This document shows, piece by piece, positions 1 through 11,684 of a stretch of 64,000 nt of DNA. The position numbers and the translations under genes are program-made. Origin of the DNA: Adineta vaga (Eukaryota; Animalia; Rotifera). The stretch spans positions 6,572,001 through 6,636,000 of the forward strand of contig CP075492.1 in NCBI GenBank assembly GCA_021613535.1, in the 5' to 3' direction. How positions within the stretch are numbered: the stretch's first letter is position 1; every line of letters starts with the position of its first letter. The notes under the pieces were generated by a model, which saw nothing but the letters and a program-made list of their open reading frames with translations, made no database searches and was not told where the DNA came from.

Positions 1-87
1 GAAGTATCAGATCAAAGCAGAAAAGGTTTTTTTTTATAAACTGATATTTATTTTTGATTTTCACGTTGAATAAGACAATGATTATAG

Positions 88-651
88 GTTACTCTTGAAT
101 CGGCAACAAAGGCGCTATATCAAGCTTCTCTTCCATTACTTCACAATGGTAATCAGAAAAATGAAACATTACTTTTCTATTCTGGTCATCATGAACATCT
201 TGATATAATAGCTAATGCTGGTTTTACTAATGAAGGTAAATCATTCCTTATAAATCGATTTTAGTTTTCTTCATTCGTTGGTTTAGATTTTCTCTATGGT
301 TCATTTGGTAAAGGTCTTTACTTTCATACAAATATAACCAATCTATCAAAAGAAGTTAGTTTAATTATATTATTAATCATTTGTTTTATTCTTCTTTTAG
401 AAATATCTTCTATGTAAAGTAGCATTAGGTCGAATTGAACTTATATCGAAACCAAAAACAAAATCTACCATCACATTAAAACGAAATAGTGATTATGATT
501 CTGTTAAAGTGAGTTAAATATTTCTTTTCAATTGTAATTCATATTCATTTCTATCTAGATTCTCGAGATGGATATGAATGAAGATGATGATGAAATAGTT
601 ACATTTGATGCTCATCTTGCTTTACCACTATTTATTATAACATTTGAATGA
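88..651 (+). CDS. 3' exons of a PARP/ADP-ribosyltransferase catalytic-domain-like protein (5' part lies outside the window)
   Basis: Four GT-AG exons (88-235, ~287-354, 401-508, ~560-651) splice in frame to ...NETLLFYSG..LDIIANAGF..YGSFGKGLYF..KYLLCKVALGR..YDSV..DEIVTFDAHLALPLFIITFE*. This matches the PARP-fold pattern E.LLFHGT / FG.GIYF / LC.V.LG / YDSV / EYV.Y...Q..P.YII.Y. Confidence 0.75.
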
Positions 652-713
652 GAATAAATGATAAAGATAAAAAGAAACAAAATCTTGTATTGATCTTTTT
701 TTAGTGCAATAAA

Positions 714-1610
714 TTAATTCATTTGACTTTTTCTCATTAAATAAAGTCGAATTGGACTTGATACAGTCATTTTAATTGAATTCATATCAAAATTTTCATC
801 ATTTGTTCGTCGATCCGATGTTTTTATATAACAAACAGCTAATTTATTACGTAATCTTTCTAAAAGATCATGGAGAGCTTGTTCACCTTCTTCTTTTCGG
901 TATGTTTGTAATCCCGACAATGTTTGAATAAAACCAAGAAATTGTCCGATTGTTGTTTCAATGCGTTTTTCAATTGTATATTCAACAAGTGTCGATTTAT
1001 AAGGCAATAATGGTAATAATGATTGATAATAATCATCCGCTAACCATCGTTTACTATTCCAATATGGAAATAATGTTACTTGATTAAATTCATGATAAAC
1101 AGCATCAGCAGTTGGATTGTCTAATGTTCCTAAAGCGTATGTCCATACAGCAAGAACGCCTGTATTTGGTTTTAATACACGTTGAACTTGTTCGACAAAT
1201 GATTCAATATCAAGCCAATGTAAAGTTGTTGCAATAGTTATCAAATCAACAGAATCGGATTGAAGAAATGTCAGATCTTCAGCTTTTTGACAACGATATT
1301 CAATATTATCTTTCGATATTGCATGCGCAATTTGATTAGCACTGACATCAATACCAATAACTCGATCACAAAATCTTCGAATGAAAAATAAGAAACTTGA
1401 AAAGAAGTAAAAGAATATTTACGTGCTCAATTCAATTGTTGCTTGTCCATTTCCACAACCGACATCAAGTGCTAATGGAATTTGTTCATTGATTTGTTTT
1501 CCATGAAAATAATAGTTAATAATATATTCGAATAATTGTCTCGGATATCCAGGTCGATGTAGACGATATTTACTTGTATGATCTTGTTCTTCAAATAATT
1601 GATGGCTCAT
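714..1610 (-). CDS. Class I SAM-dependent methyltransferase (Methyltransf_11/25 type), 2 exons
   Basis: MSHQLFE..Y..HRPGYP, motif I ALDVGCGNGQA, then after an intron (~1376-1423) VIGIDVSANQI..AEDL..SVDLITIATTLHWLD..RVLKPNTGVLAVW. Confidence 0.9.
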
Positions 1611-2807
1611 TGTATTCGTCGTTTGATTTGTAAAACAAAAAAAACTAAAATAAAGCACTATTCGCTTTCACCTCTCGACTTGGAGATTTGTTAGGTTATT
1701 TTTTCTTTTCTTTATTCATTCGTTTTTTCTTCTTCTCTGTCTCTCCATTTCTATCTATATACTCTTATCAGTTGTCAGACAAAATTTGTCGATTAAATCC
1801 TTTTGCTTTCTCTCTAACCAGGCACGAATAAATATATCACATGTGTTTTTATGCTGAATGTCTGTCACGTTGAGATTGTTGATGATAATCTCAAGAGATT
1901 TTAAGGACAAACATCATCAACAGATTGCAATAGTATTGTCAAGAAAATGAATTACTTATTTATTTATTTATTTTTAAATATTTAATTGTATTTGACAATT
2001 TATTAACAAATGAAGTACTGTGTGTATGTGTTAAACTATTAACAGAGGGAAATTCGAGTACAAAAAAATCTTAGCGATAGAGAGCGAGGAAGGAATATGA
2101 TTTGTAATAAGATCGAAGTGTTTTTTTTAATGACATAGTGTACCTATATGATAGAAGATTTATTTACGAATGAAATTTGATAATTCTGGTTCATCTGTAC
2201 CTATGAAACTAACATTCTTGAGAAAATGGATGGTACAATGAATGAATATTGATATTGATTGGTTGAATAAGAAGATTACAAAATTATACTGTTCAAGAAT
2301 GAAAATATAAATCTTTTAATCAAGATTTCTATGAACCTAGAGTGTATATAGATAGATTTCAAGGTTAGAACAACATTTTATAATCCTAAAATATCACTGT
2401 GCATTAGTTCGTCTAATGATAATAAATATGAAAGCTTATTTACAGTTTCTCATTTCTCATGGAAATATGAAACTGATTTATATACTTCAAAAAGTTTATT
2501 TCAATATGATTTCTTTAATCCAAATAGCAAAAGGATTATTTTGAAACATTTATTTCCACTGCATTAAAATTTGATGAAAATTTCATTTTCTTTGATATTA
2601 TTAATGATTGATGTTAACAATAGTGTAAACAAAGTAGGAACAAAAACGAAAAATAATACCCATACTAAACTCATGCTCATTCTACAAAGAAAACCTAATT
2701 AAAAACAACCAACTTCTTTTCTTTCTTAACATAGAAACCATTGTAGACAAAACAAAGTTATTTTCAAACAACCATGTATATACAAGTTATGATTTTATTG
2801 AAAGTTT

Positions 2808-5305
2808 TTACATAACTGAACAGGCTCTTGAATTCGCGTTTGTTGCTGGTGTTGTTACGGGTGATGGAGGAGGTGGATTTGCAGATTTTGATCCAAAAAG
2901 GCGACCAAAAAAACCTGGTTGTTGAGCAGGTGGTGTTTCTTTTTTCGCTGTTTCTGTAGTTGAATTATTTGTAGTTGGTTTAGCTAAAGTTTTTGTTGCT
3001 GGTGATCGGAAACTACCTCGAGTATTGTCACTTGGTCTCGAACCGATCGTTTGATTTCCGTCACGTGTTGAGTTATTTGATGCTACTGGACGAGTTGCTG
3101 GTGGTAAAGAATTTCGACGAACAGTTGTGGGTGGTGGTTGTTTTCTTTGAGGACCGGATACTTTTCTCTTATGATCCTCAACATCTTCCTCTTCATCATC
3201 GTCTTCTTCAGAGTCTTTATCATCAGAATCTGTTGGTTGGCGATTTTTTCGATTTAATGTTTCACTCATCGGTGGTACTTTTGAACGAGGAGTCGTACGT
3301 TTGAATCTGTTATCATCACTGTCACTATCATTTTTTCGATGTGAAACAGGAGAACGTCTCGATTCATTTCGTAATGGTGGTGATAAACGTTCTGGTTTCT
3401 TGGTTATTGGTTTATGTTTTTCTTCTGATGAAGATTTGTCTTCGTCAGAATCATGTATTTTTCTTAATGTTTGTGGACTTGAACGATCTAATCGTGAATT
3501 ACGTGTTGGTGATTTCTCCAATGGTGCTAAACGATTATTTGTTCTATTTAAATCGTCTGTATCTTTACTTAGACGAACTGTTCGATCTAAGGCACCTGTT
3601 CTTAGTGGCTTGAGATCATCATCATTTGAACGAGTAGTCGTACGATTTAATGATGGATCTTGTGTTGGTCGAAATCTTCCATTATTAATAGTATGTGTTT
3701 GATTGAATGTCGCACTTTTCATTGATTCAGATAATTCTCTATCTGATTTATCATCATCTGCTTCAACACGTAAATGATTGGATGCACCAAGTGGTTTCGA
3801 ATGTGACATAGTAGATCCATCGAATCACCAACAGTTAATGATCGATCTGTTAATGTTTTATTACGAGTATTTCTTGCTCGACTTTTTGGACGTTGTGTAA
3901 TTGAAAGTGTAGCATCTAAAATGTTGAAAATGTATATTTTCTATAAGTAAAAGAGAAATAATATGATTGATAGCTTACTTCCAATATCATCATCGCTACC
4001 GGATGATCTTTTTGATTCTTGATTTTTCTTTTGAGCAAAAACGATTGTTTGACAACCGCCACAAACGACTTTTAAGACATTGTAAACTTTGAATTTGTCA
4101 ACGAAACATGGTTCAAATTCATTTGAATGAGTTTGTGAACCTAGTTTGCCATGTTTACCATCACCAAATACATAGATATCACCACGTGAACCAAGAACAG
4201 CTGTATGACCTTCACCAGCAGCGATTTCTGTTATACGTTTCGGTAAACCTTGAACTGATTCAAAAGATTCAGCTGTTGAAACTCTAGGACCAAGACCAAG
4301 TTGACCACGGTCATTACGTCCTAAAAATAATCATAGATGAAACTACTGAAATACAATGCTCAATAAGAAAGAACATACCACATGCATATATTTCTCCATT
4401 TTCTGTTAGTACAACTGTATGTTGATGTCCACAAGCAACAGCTTTCACTTTGTGTGGAATGGATACTTCGACTGGTCCAATATAAGGATCAGGTACTGAT
4501 CGTCCTAATTGTCTATCATCATTATTTCCAAATACAAATAAACGTCCATCTTCACTAACTAATGCCGTATGATAATATCCACATGATCTAAACAAAAACA
4601 TTAATCAAATGAAATATAATCAATTTTGATCGATTGTCTCCTCTTATTTACATAGCTACAACTGGATAATCTAGTCGAAGTTCTTTCGGCGTTGTAACTG
4701 TTTTTGTTTTACGTGGTTGTCCACATTGACCATCATCATTTGAACCCCAAACATACACTATACCATCGTCAGTTAATGCACATGAATGTTCAGCACCCAT
4801 TGATATCTGTTTCCAATCAATTTTGCCTTTAAATCGATCGATTTTCCTTGGTTCAGATAGAATCATGGAAGGATCAGATGTTTCAATTCCTAATTGTGAA
4901 TGAAGATTCGAACCAAATACATATAATGCACCATGATTTGTTGCTACCAGTGATGAATCACGACCACATGCGGCTAAAATTATTCTTTCATCTGAGCCGG
5001 TAAATTTCAAACTTTTTATACAAGAAACTTTTTCAATCTTATCTTTATGACCGAGACCCAATTGTCCTAAAGAGATTGTAAATTCTAGAATCGTTCGAAT
5101 TTATTTGTCTTTCTCTACCTGAAGTATTATCTCCAAAAGCAAATGCTCGACCAGTTGCTGTTATGATAATCGTATGTTGATCACCAGCAGCCATATGAAT
5201 AATCGGATCATTTCGAATATAAAATTGTCCTTGATTGTTTGCCAAATATGTTTTACCTAAGAGATAAACTTGAGCAGCATCATTATCATTTTCATTACTA
5301 GCCAT
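2808..5305 (-). CDS. RPGR: RPGR (retinitis pigmentosa GTPase regulator) orthologue: RCC1 repeats, low-complexity tail, C-terminal CaaX
   Basis: N-terminus QVYLLGKTYLANNQGQFYIRNDPIIHMAAGDQHT resembles RPGR [23 protein letters not shown]. RCC1 repeats include YVFGDGKHGKLG and VVCGGCQT. The protein ends ..RACSVM*. There is a frame break near 3822 (see findings). Confidence 0.85.
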
Positions 5306-5426
5306 ATTATTTTCTTGTTGGATGACGAATATATGAATATGTATTATCTATAAATGTGAACTTCAAGGAAGAGGACTGAGTCAGTAGTCAAAAATTTCTG
5401 CAACTTCTGTTAGCTATTAAGATGAT

Positions 5427-5461
5427 GTCGCCATAACAGTACTTTACTTTACCTTGACAAC
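5427..5461 (-). promoter_or_regulatory. Imperfect RFX X-box-like motifs upstream of RPGR
   Basis: GTCGCCATAACAGT (+, 5427-5440) and GTTGTCAAGGTAAA (-, 5461-5448) lie 120-160 nt upstream of the ATG of a ciliary gene. Both deviate from the GTYNCYATRGNAAC consensus. Confidence 0.3.
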
Positions 5462-6658
5462 GAACATCTACCAATTGAGAGAATATTATTGAAAACAGTT
5501 GTCTTCTAGCATAAATTTGATTTTCAAGATAATTTCAATAGAACAACCTTTAAAATGAATAATAAATCAATCCATCAGATAGATGTCGCTAATTATGATT
5601 CATGCAACAAATATTAAATAACATCTTCATTAATATTCCTCGAATATATCTTTCGTCTATTTTTGTTTCAAATGATACGAAAAATCAAAATTGATTCAAA
5701 TCTTTCTTCATCTAACATTCATGAATGAGTAAATAATTATACTTTAACATGAAACTAAGATCAGTAAAATCTTGTAATACGATAAACGAGCTTGCAAAGT
5801 TATTTTCTTGCTATTTTAATTGAAATGAGAAACGTTTAAGATTACTATTCGTGTTGACTGACATCAAGAAAACTCGTTAAGTTTACGAGTAGAAATCATC
5901 ATTCTCCTCAAATAATCATTCTTTTTTTCCCCGATATTAATGTATGATAAATGTCACGTCGATCATATATCGATTCGATGTTTTGTAAATCAATCTCTTA
6001 CTCAAAATATGGTTATGGAATTGTAATGTTAAAAAAGTGTTTTGCTTAATCAGATTAGTTTGAGTAAATTTGGTTAGCTTCGGGTTTTTTTTTCTATGCA
6101 TATCTTATTTGACTGTCTACATATGTTGACAAGACGATGATTAATAATAGAAACAAACTTGTTTTTTTTAGTTTGCTCCTATAGATTTCATGTGATTCAA
6201 AGCACATATAATCGTCTGGTATTATTAATCATTTTCTATAATTTCATTATGTATATCTTTTTATTGAATAAGAAAAACTAATTATATTGTGTAGCGATGC
6301 GAATGATAGACAGGAGTAAGAACGGATATCTCAACTTCTTGTGTATAATTATATCAAAACTATACTTAGCTATTCCCTTTTTCTAGAATATGAGCTCAAC
6401 ATTTGCAAATTAACATCAATTAATCATGTTTGTTAATATCAAGATCTAAGAACATCAACCTCATTAGAAGAATATTTCTGTTGAGAATATCATTTCTGAC
6501 AGAAGTTTAAGTATTTCTTTTTATTGTTCACTTTCCTTTATTATACTATGTGTCGATTAAATCATAAATATTAATAATCTTGTCAAGTTTTAATCAAAAG
6601 AGCAAAATGCAACAATTTTTAGGAAATCATCAAGCTTCTTTTATTTAATTTTGTTCAT

Positions 6659-7942
6659 TCAATCATGTAATGATAAAGCCGGTTCATCATCTTGGGAACC
6701 ATCACTAAGGGAAGTTCGACTTCCAAATATATCTCGTGATGGTGCTAATAAATTATTATGATTAATACTCTTAGAATGATTAATATTCTTCTTTGTTTGT
6801 GGACGATTAACTATTTCCATCTGTGACATTGGATGATTTGTGTTTCGACGACAAATAAATAGAGAACATTTAAATAAACGATAAAATTCTTCACGAAAAC
6901 GTTTGTTTGTTAATATATAGAGGAAAAATGTTGACATAAAATAACATTGTTGTAAAAGATCTAAACTTTTTTGTGTATATGCTAGTGAACAAAATTCTCC
7001 TTCACTTGTTGAAATATTATTTAATTGATTACGTAAATGACCTACATATATATTGTATATATTATGTGGTGTTGTAAATAATAAGAAGACACAATTAAGA
7101 GATATAAGTAAGATAGATAAATGTAATTCCATTCGACGTCGAGATTGTTTTAAATGTTTATTAGCAGGATTTAGAAATGAATCTTTAATTGAAATATGTC
7201 TTAAAATAATAATTGTTGCAAATAAACTGATTAGAAATGGTACAATGCCAAATATAATCAATTCAACAATTGGTAAAATTCTTGTTAAATATATTCCATA
7301 CGAAAGAGAATAATCGTATGTATCACTAACTGTACACATTGTGACATGAATAAGTTCATCATTATAGAATTTTGTAGTAGTATATCCATAAGATGTTAAC
7401 CAATGTAGATCAAGACAAAAGAAAACGCATACAAAAGATAATTCGATAATACAAACACGAAGAAAAGCTTTAGCACAACCATATTTGATAGTATAATGAT
7501 TCGAATTATATTGTTGTTGTTGATTTATTTTGGAGGTAACTGAATGTACACGCTCAATATCAACTGCTGTTAATGTATAGAGAGAGAAATGTGTTAGAAA
7601 ATCGATCAAAAATCGATTTAATAATCGACAAAAGATAAATAGTGAAAGATTTTCTAATGTTAAACCAAAATAAACACCGATAATTGTAAAAAATGCATGA
7701 ATTAACGATAATAATGCATTTGATAAACTTAGAAAGGCAAGATAAGAAAATGTTGGCCGACGACGTAATCGTGGTTGAATTAAAACTATGAATGAAAATA
7801 GATTCGCAATAAAACCAAATGTAATTAAACATATTGATTGAATTTTCATAATGAATACTAGAATATCAAATTCACAATCTGATCCAGTAAAATCCATAGG
7901 ATTAATTGATGATTGAATATGAGTTGTCACGTTAGAATACAT
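6659..7942 (-). CDS. Class A (rhodopsin-like) peptide-type GPCR, intronless CDS
   Basis: Seven hydrophobic segments: TM1 GFIANLFS, TM2 YLAFLSLSN, TM3 end DIERV, TM5 GIVPF, TM6 FLLFTTP, TM7 STFFLYILTNKRFR. Candidate non-coding 5' exons lie at 9860-9709 and 8460-8250. Confidence 0.88.
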   Translation of the reverse strand: MYSNVTTHIQSSINPMDFTGSDCEFDILVFIMKIQSICLITFGFIANLFSFIVLIQPRLRRRPTFSYLAFLSLSNALLSLIHAFFTIIGVYFGLTLENLSLFIFCRLLNRFLIDFLTHFSLYTLTAVDIERVHSVTSKINQQQQYNSNHYTIKYGCAKAFLRVCIIELSFVCVFFCLDLHWLTSYGYTTTKFYNDELIHVTMCTVSDTYDYSLSYGIYLTRILPIVELIIFGIVPFLISLFATIIILRHISIKDSFLNPANKHLKQSRRRMELHLSILLISLNCVFLLFTTPHNIYNIYVGHLRNQLNNISTSEGEFCSLAYTQKSLDLLQQCYFMSTFFLYILTNKRFREEFYRLFKCSLFICRRNTNHPMSQMEIVNRPQTKKNINHSKSINHNNLLAPSRDIFGSRTSLSDGSQDDEPALSLHD

Positions 7943-10107
7943 CTTGATTCAGTTGGATTTGATCTATTAAAGAAAGACAAATAGATATAGACAGATAGAA
8001 AGAAATGTTTTTTCTTAGATGGATTATCAAACGTTTAGAATAATTGCAGGCAATAAGATAATTTCAGTATGAGTTTTTACGCTTCTAATGATGATAAGTG
8101 AGCAAACTCAAACATTATTTAGTAAAGGCGACTGAGAAAATGTTAAACATTTCTCTATTATTAATCATTCGCATTCTTTAATTCAAATTTGCATAGATGG
8201 CTGGTGACTGTGAGGTAGGTGTTCTATGAATTTAAATAACCGTATTTACCTAAGTCGCAAAGCCCTATATATCAGTACTCCATTTTCATAGTAAGTTCTT
8301 GCATATAGAATTGCGCTGGGATTTTATAATTTACGGTAACCTATTTCTCCATTTATGATTTAATCTAATAGAGTTGTCATTCATATTTTATATCTGCGCT
8401 CAATCGAATTATTACTTCCCACTCTTTCTTGCATTACATTTCTGAATTCATTTGGTAGGCTAAAAGAAAAAAAAACAGACTCTGATAAAAATAAAAACTC
8501 TACAGAAACAATATCTGCATATAAAAATATTTATAGTTTAATTAATAAACTTCATGAATAGCACACACGCTTTATTTATATTTAGAAGAATTAGTTCTTG
8601 AATAGATTCTCTTTCCCTTCGAAAAAAAAGACGAACTTTCGAAATATCGTTCACTAATTTGTTTTTCTTCTAATAGAATCTGTTTTATATTATATATCTG
8701 ACTTTTAGTTAACTATAATAAAAAATATCTTACTCATCTTATCCTATATTGAATGTCTAACTGCCAACTGCAAGAATAAACGTTCTTGTCAATCATAATT
8801 TTTTATGAGAACTAATTGAAAGTAAGATGAAATAATAAAAAGATGAAGAAAAATAGAAAATACGATCATTTTTCTTATGTAGATTGTTTTAACTGTGAAA
8901 ACACTTTCCTTAATTCGCTATTTATTAAGTCTACATTAAAGCTTATATCCACATAAAAGTGCTGCATACATAAAGCAACAATAAAAATCTGTGATGTATA
9001 TTATTCTAAATGAGAAAAGCGACAGAGATAGATGAGAAAGAAGAAAGAAAAAAAAATAAGAGAAGAGGAAATAGAATGCAGTTTTCTGTTCTATGATGTT
9101 ATTATCAACCATCTTTGAAAAGCTCGTATATATCGAGCGAGAAGAAAAAGACTTCTTTTCAGCAATACTTTCGACCGTATATTTGTATCTTTTTTTTTTA
9201 TCTCTTTGTAACGATATAAATGAAATCTTTAAGAGTTCTCCATAAACTGTTCGTCATGTTAATGTGCAACATCGTATGTAAATAAATATTCTTTTCATTT
9301 TCCGACTTTCGTATGTACTATTAATTGAAAGTTTAGCAAATATACAGGCTAGAATCTATCATTTGACGTTGATGTATATATGTGTGCATGTTGTTCTTTA
9401 AGAATACACCTCATTGTTTTATTCAATTGATGATCTACATTCATGACCAATTATTTTTCCTTCGTATCTTCAAAAGAATAGTGTATGAATATTTATTGTT
9501 TAAAACCGTCGACATCGACAAAAAAAGAATATATTCGTTAACCATTCAATTCATTGATGTCAGAAATAAATGAAATAGCCCGTCGCCTATTTTTTTAAAT
9601 AACATTCCAATGATGTTGAACTATATTGACACAGCATATTTGTCTATTTGCATTTTGTTCATAGCTAAAAGTGGAGAGAAAAAAATTAATTACAACTAAG
9701 TAACTCACGGTAGTGTTGCTGATTTTCATGTCGTTCCTACACATTGCACCAATAATACGAGCCAGACGAACAAAGAATTTTCCTCATCATTGTCATTGTC
9801 CGTCCTAACTCGCATGATTGAGCACAAGTTGAGATCCAGTTAGAGTCGAATGATTTGCTCTGCAAAAGAAAAACACCAATTTCCTTCTCTATTATTCAAA
9901 CGAAAAGAAAATACGAAAGGAAAAAAAGACGAACAATATGCCCTCACATCATATACATACATATATATATATATATATTCGTTTGCCTATCTTTAAGCCA
10001 ACATTGATGATGAGAATGGTATCTTAAGCCAACAATCATAAGTCATTTAAATGTAATGATGAGAACGATAGTCAGATGGAATATATATATATATACCAAT
10101 GGTGCTA

Positions 10108-10131
10108 TCTTATTTTATCGATAAAATAAGA
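10108..10131. repeat. 24-bp perfect palindrome TCTTATTTTATCGATAAAATAAGA
   Basis: Read directly; it is centred on TATCGATA. Confidence 0.85.
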
Positions 10132-10418
10132 AGAGAAGTATGATAAACATTGTGTTGTTCACACTTTAAAAAGTATGATGTCTGAGTTTTTTTTTCATTT
10201 AGCTTTGTATGAAATGCTTATCAATATTGGAGTGTGCGGAAGTCTTTCATTCAAATTAATTGAAAGATAAAAAGAAAGAAAGAAAAGCTTAAAAGATTCT
10301 CTGATTTTGTTAGAGAAGATAATTTATAAATGAAATCAAAACGATATAGATACTTGTGCAAATATATACAAATACATCAACATGATGATTAAGATTTTAA
10401 GCAGATGAAAAACAATTA

Positions 10419-11684
10419 TCACAAATAAAGAAAGAAACAAATAGAATTTATCTTTTCAGTTAATATCCGCTGGCAAGAGAACTCGATGAGTGTAATCAGA
10501 ACCACAAGGTTTCTCATATTAGGAGTACGTTTGGTTGATAGATAGATATTAGTTCCTTCTGATTGTCCGTCGAGAACAGAAACAGGTGAAGTTGCATGAC
10601 GTCTTGTATTTAAAATATTAGCTGAACGTGAGCGTGCAAGTGAAGTGGTGTGAGAAGATTTGATTATTGAATCAGGTGAAGGATGAGCAAAATTATACCG
10701 AAATGATGATGACAATGGTCTATTTAAAGAAGAAAGTAATCGAGCATGAGCTGAAGTAGACGTCGAACGAGTCGAAACAGTCGGTGGTTTTGTCGCAGGG
10801 AAATTGACTGCAGGTTGTTGACTACATTGAAAAGCAATTGTAGCTGGTTTTAAAACAATTCGTGTTGATGCAGTTGTTGGACGAGTTGTTGTCATTGAAT
10901 TATTTTCATTATGACGTGTGGAAGAATGAACAGACGAAATCGGTATAGTAGCTGATCGAATACGTGTTGTACGTGTATTTCCAACATGATTTTGTTCATT
11001 GGAAGATTGATGTGAAGATAATAATGACGTATATATAATACTTGATTCAGATAAAGGTACATAGGTAAATGGAAGACTTCGAGCATGTTCAGAATAATGA
11101 TTATGATGATACGAATGATGAGGAGTTGCTGGACGATATGAATGTTTTCGTTCTTCACTGATTTCAGAAATTAATGATTGAGTCAGATTTGTATTTATAT
11201 TTGATCGTTCTTCAGGTTTATGAACGATAATTAAAGGTGGATTACATGATGAATTATGATCAAGTGTATCTTCGATGATTTTCAAAGTTTTATTACGTGT
11301 AGACCCATCATTACTACGATTTGTAGATGAAGACAGAGTACTGTTTGAACGAGTCATTGTATTCACTTTATGATTTGTAGTATTGGATGTATAAAGTGGT
11401 GAGGAAGAAAATGGAGAAATGATGGATATGGCCGGTGTTGGTTCTATGTATGCCCATGATCGATAAGTATCAAAATTGGAATTCCGTACTGAATCATAAA
11501 GAGGTACTTCATGTACAATAGGAACATCATTGAATGACACACTTTTTCGATGCGATGGATCACGTGAACGTTTCGCTGATAGAGATCGATAAAGACCAGG
11601 ACGAGCAGGTAATGAACTGGCAAGTAAATCGTCCGATAGATTGACGTCGATTTTATTATTTATAATCGACATCGAAAATTTCAT
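10419..11684 (-). CDS. Ser/Thr/His-rich, probably disordered protein with a PP1-docking RVxF motif
   Basis: 421-aa ORF with RKSVSFNDVPIVHEVP near the N-terminus; otherwise low complexity. The true 3' end is uncertain. Confidence 0.7.
   Translation of the reverse strand: MKFSMSIINNKIDVNLSDDLLASSLPARPGLYRSLSAKRSRDPSHRKSVSFNDVPIVHEVPLYDSVRNSNFDTYRSWAYIEPTPAISIISPFSSSPLYTSNTTNHKVNTMTRSNSTLSSSTNRSNDGSTRNKTLKIIEDTLDHNSSCNPPLIIVHKPEERSNINTNLTQSLISEISEERKHSYRPATPHHSYHHNHYSEHARSLPFTYVPLSESSIIYTSLLSSHQSSNEQNHVGNTRTTRIRSATIPISSVHSSTRHNENNSMTTTRPTTASTRIVLKPATIAFQCSQQPAVNFPATKPPTVSTRSTSTSAHARLLSSLNRPLSSSFRYNFAHPSPDSIIKSSHTTSLARSRSANILNTRRHATSPVSVLDGQSEGTNIYLSTKRTPNMRNLVVLITLIEFSCQRILTEKINSICFFLYL

Noticed and set aside
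2993-3702. Three + strand ORFs (103, 133 and 90 aa)
   Set aside because: Antisense shadows of the RPGR low-complexity exon; no recognisable motifs.
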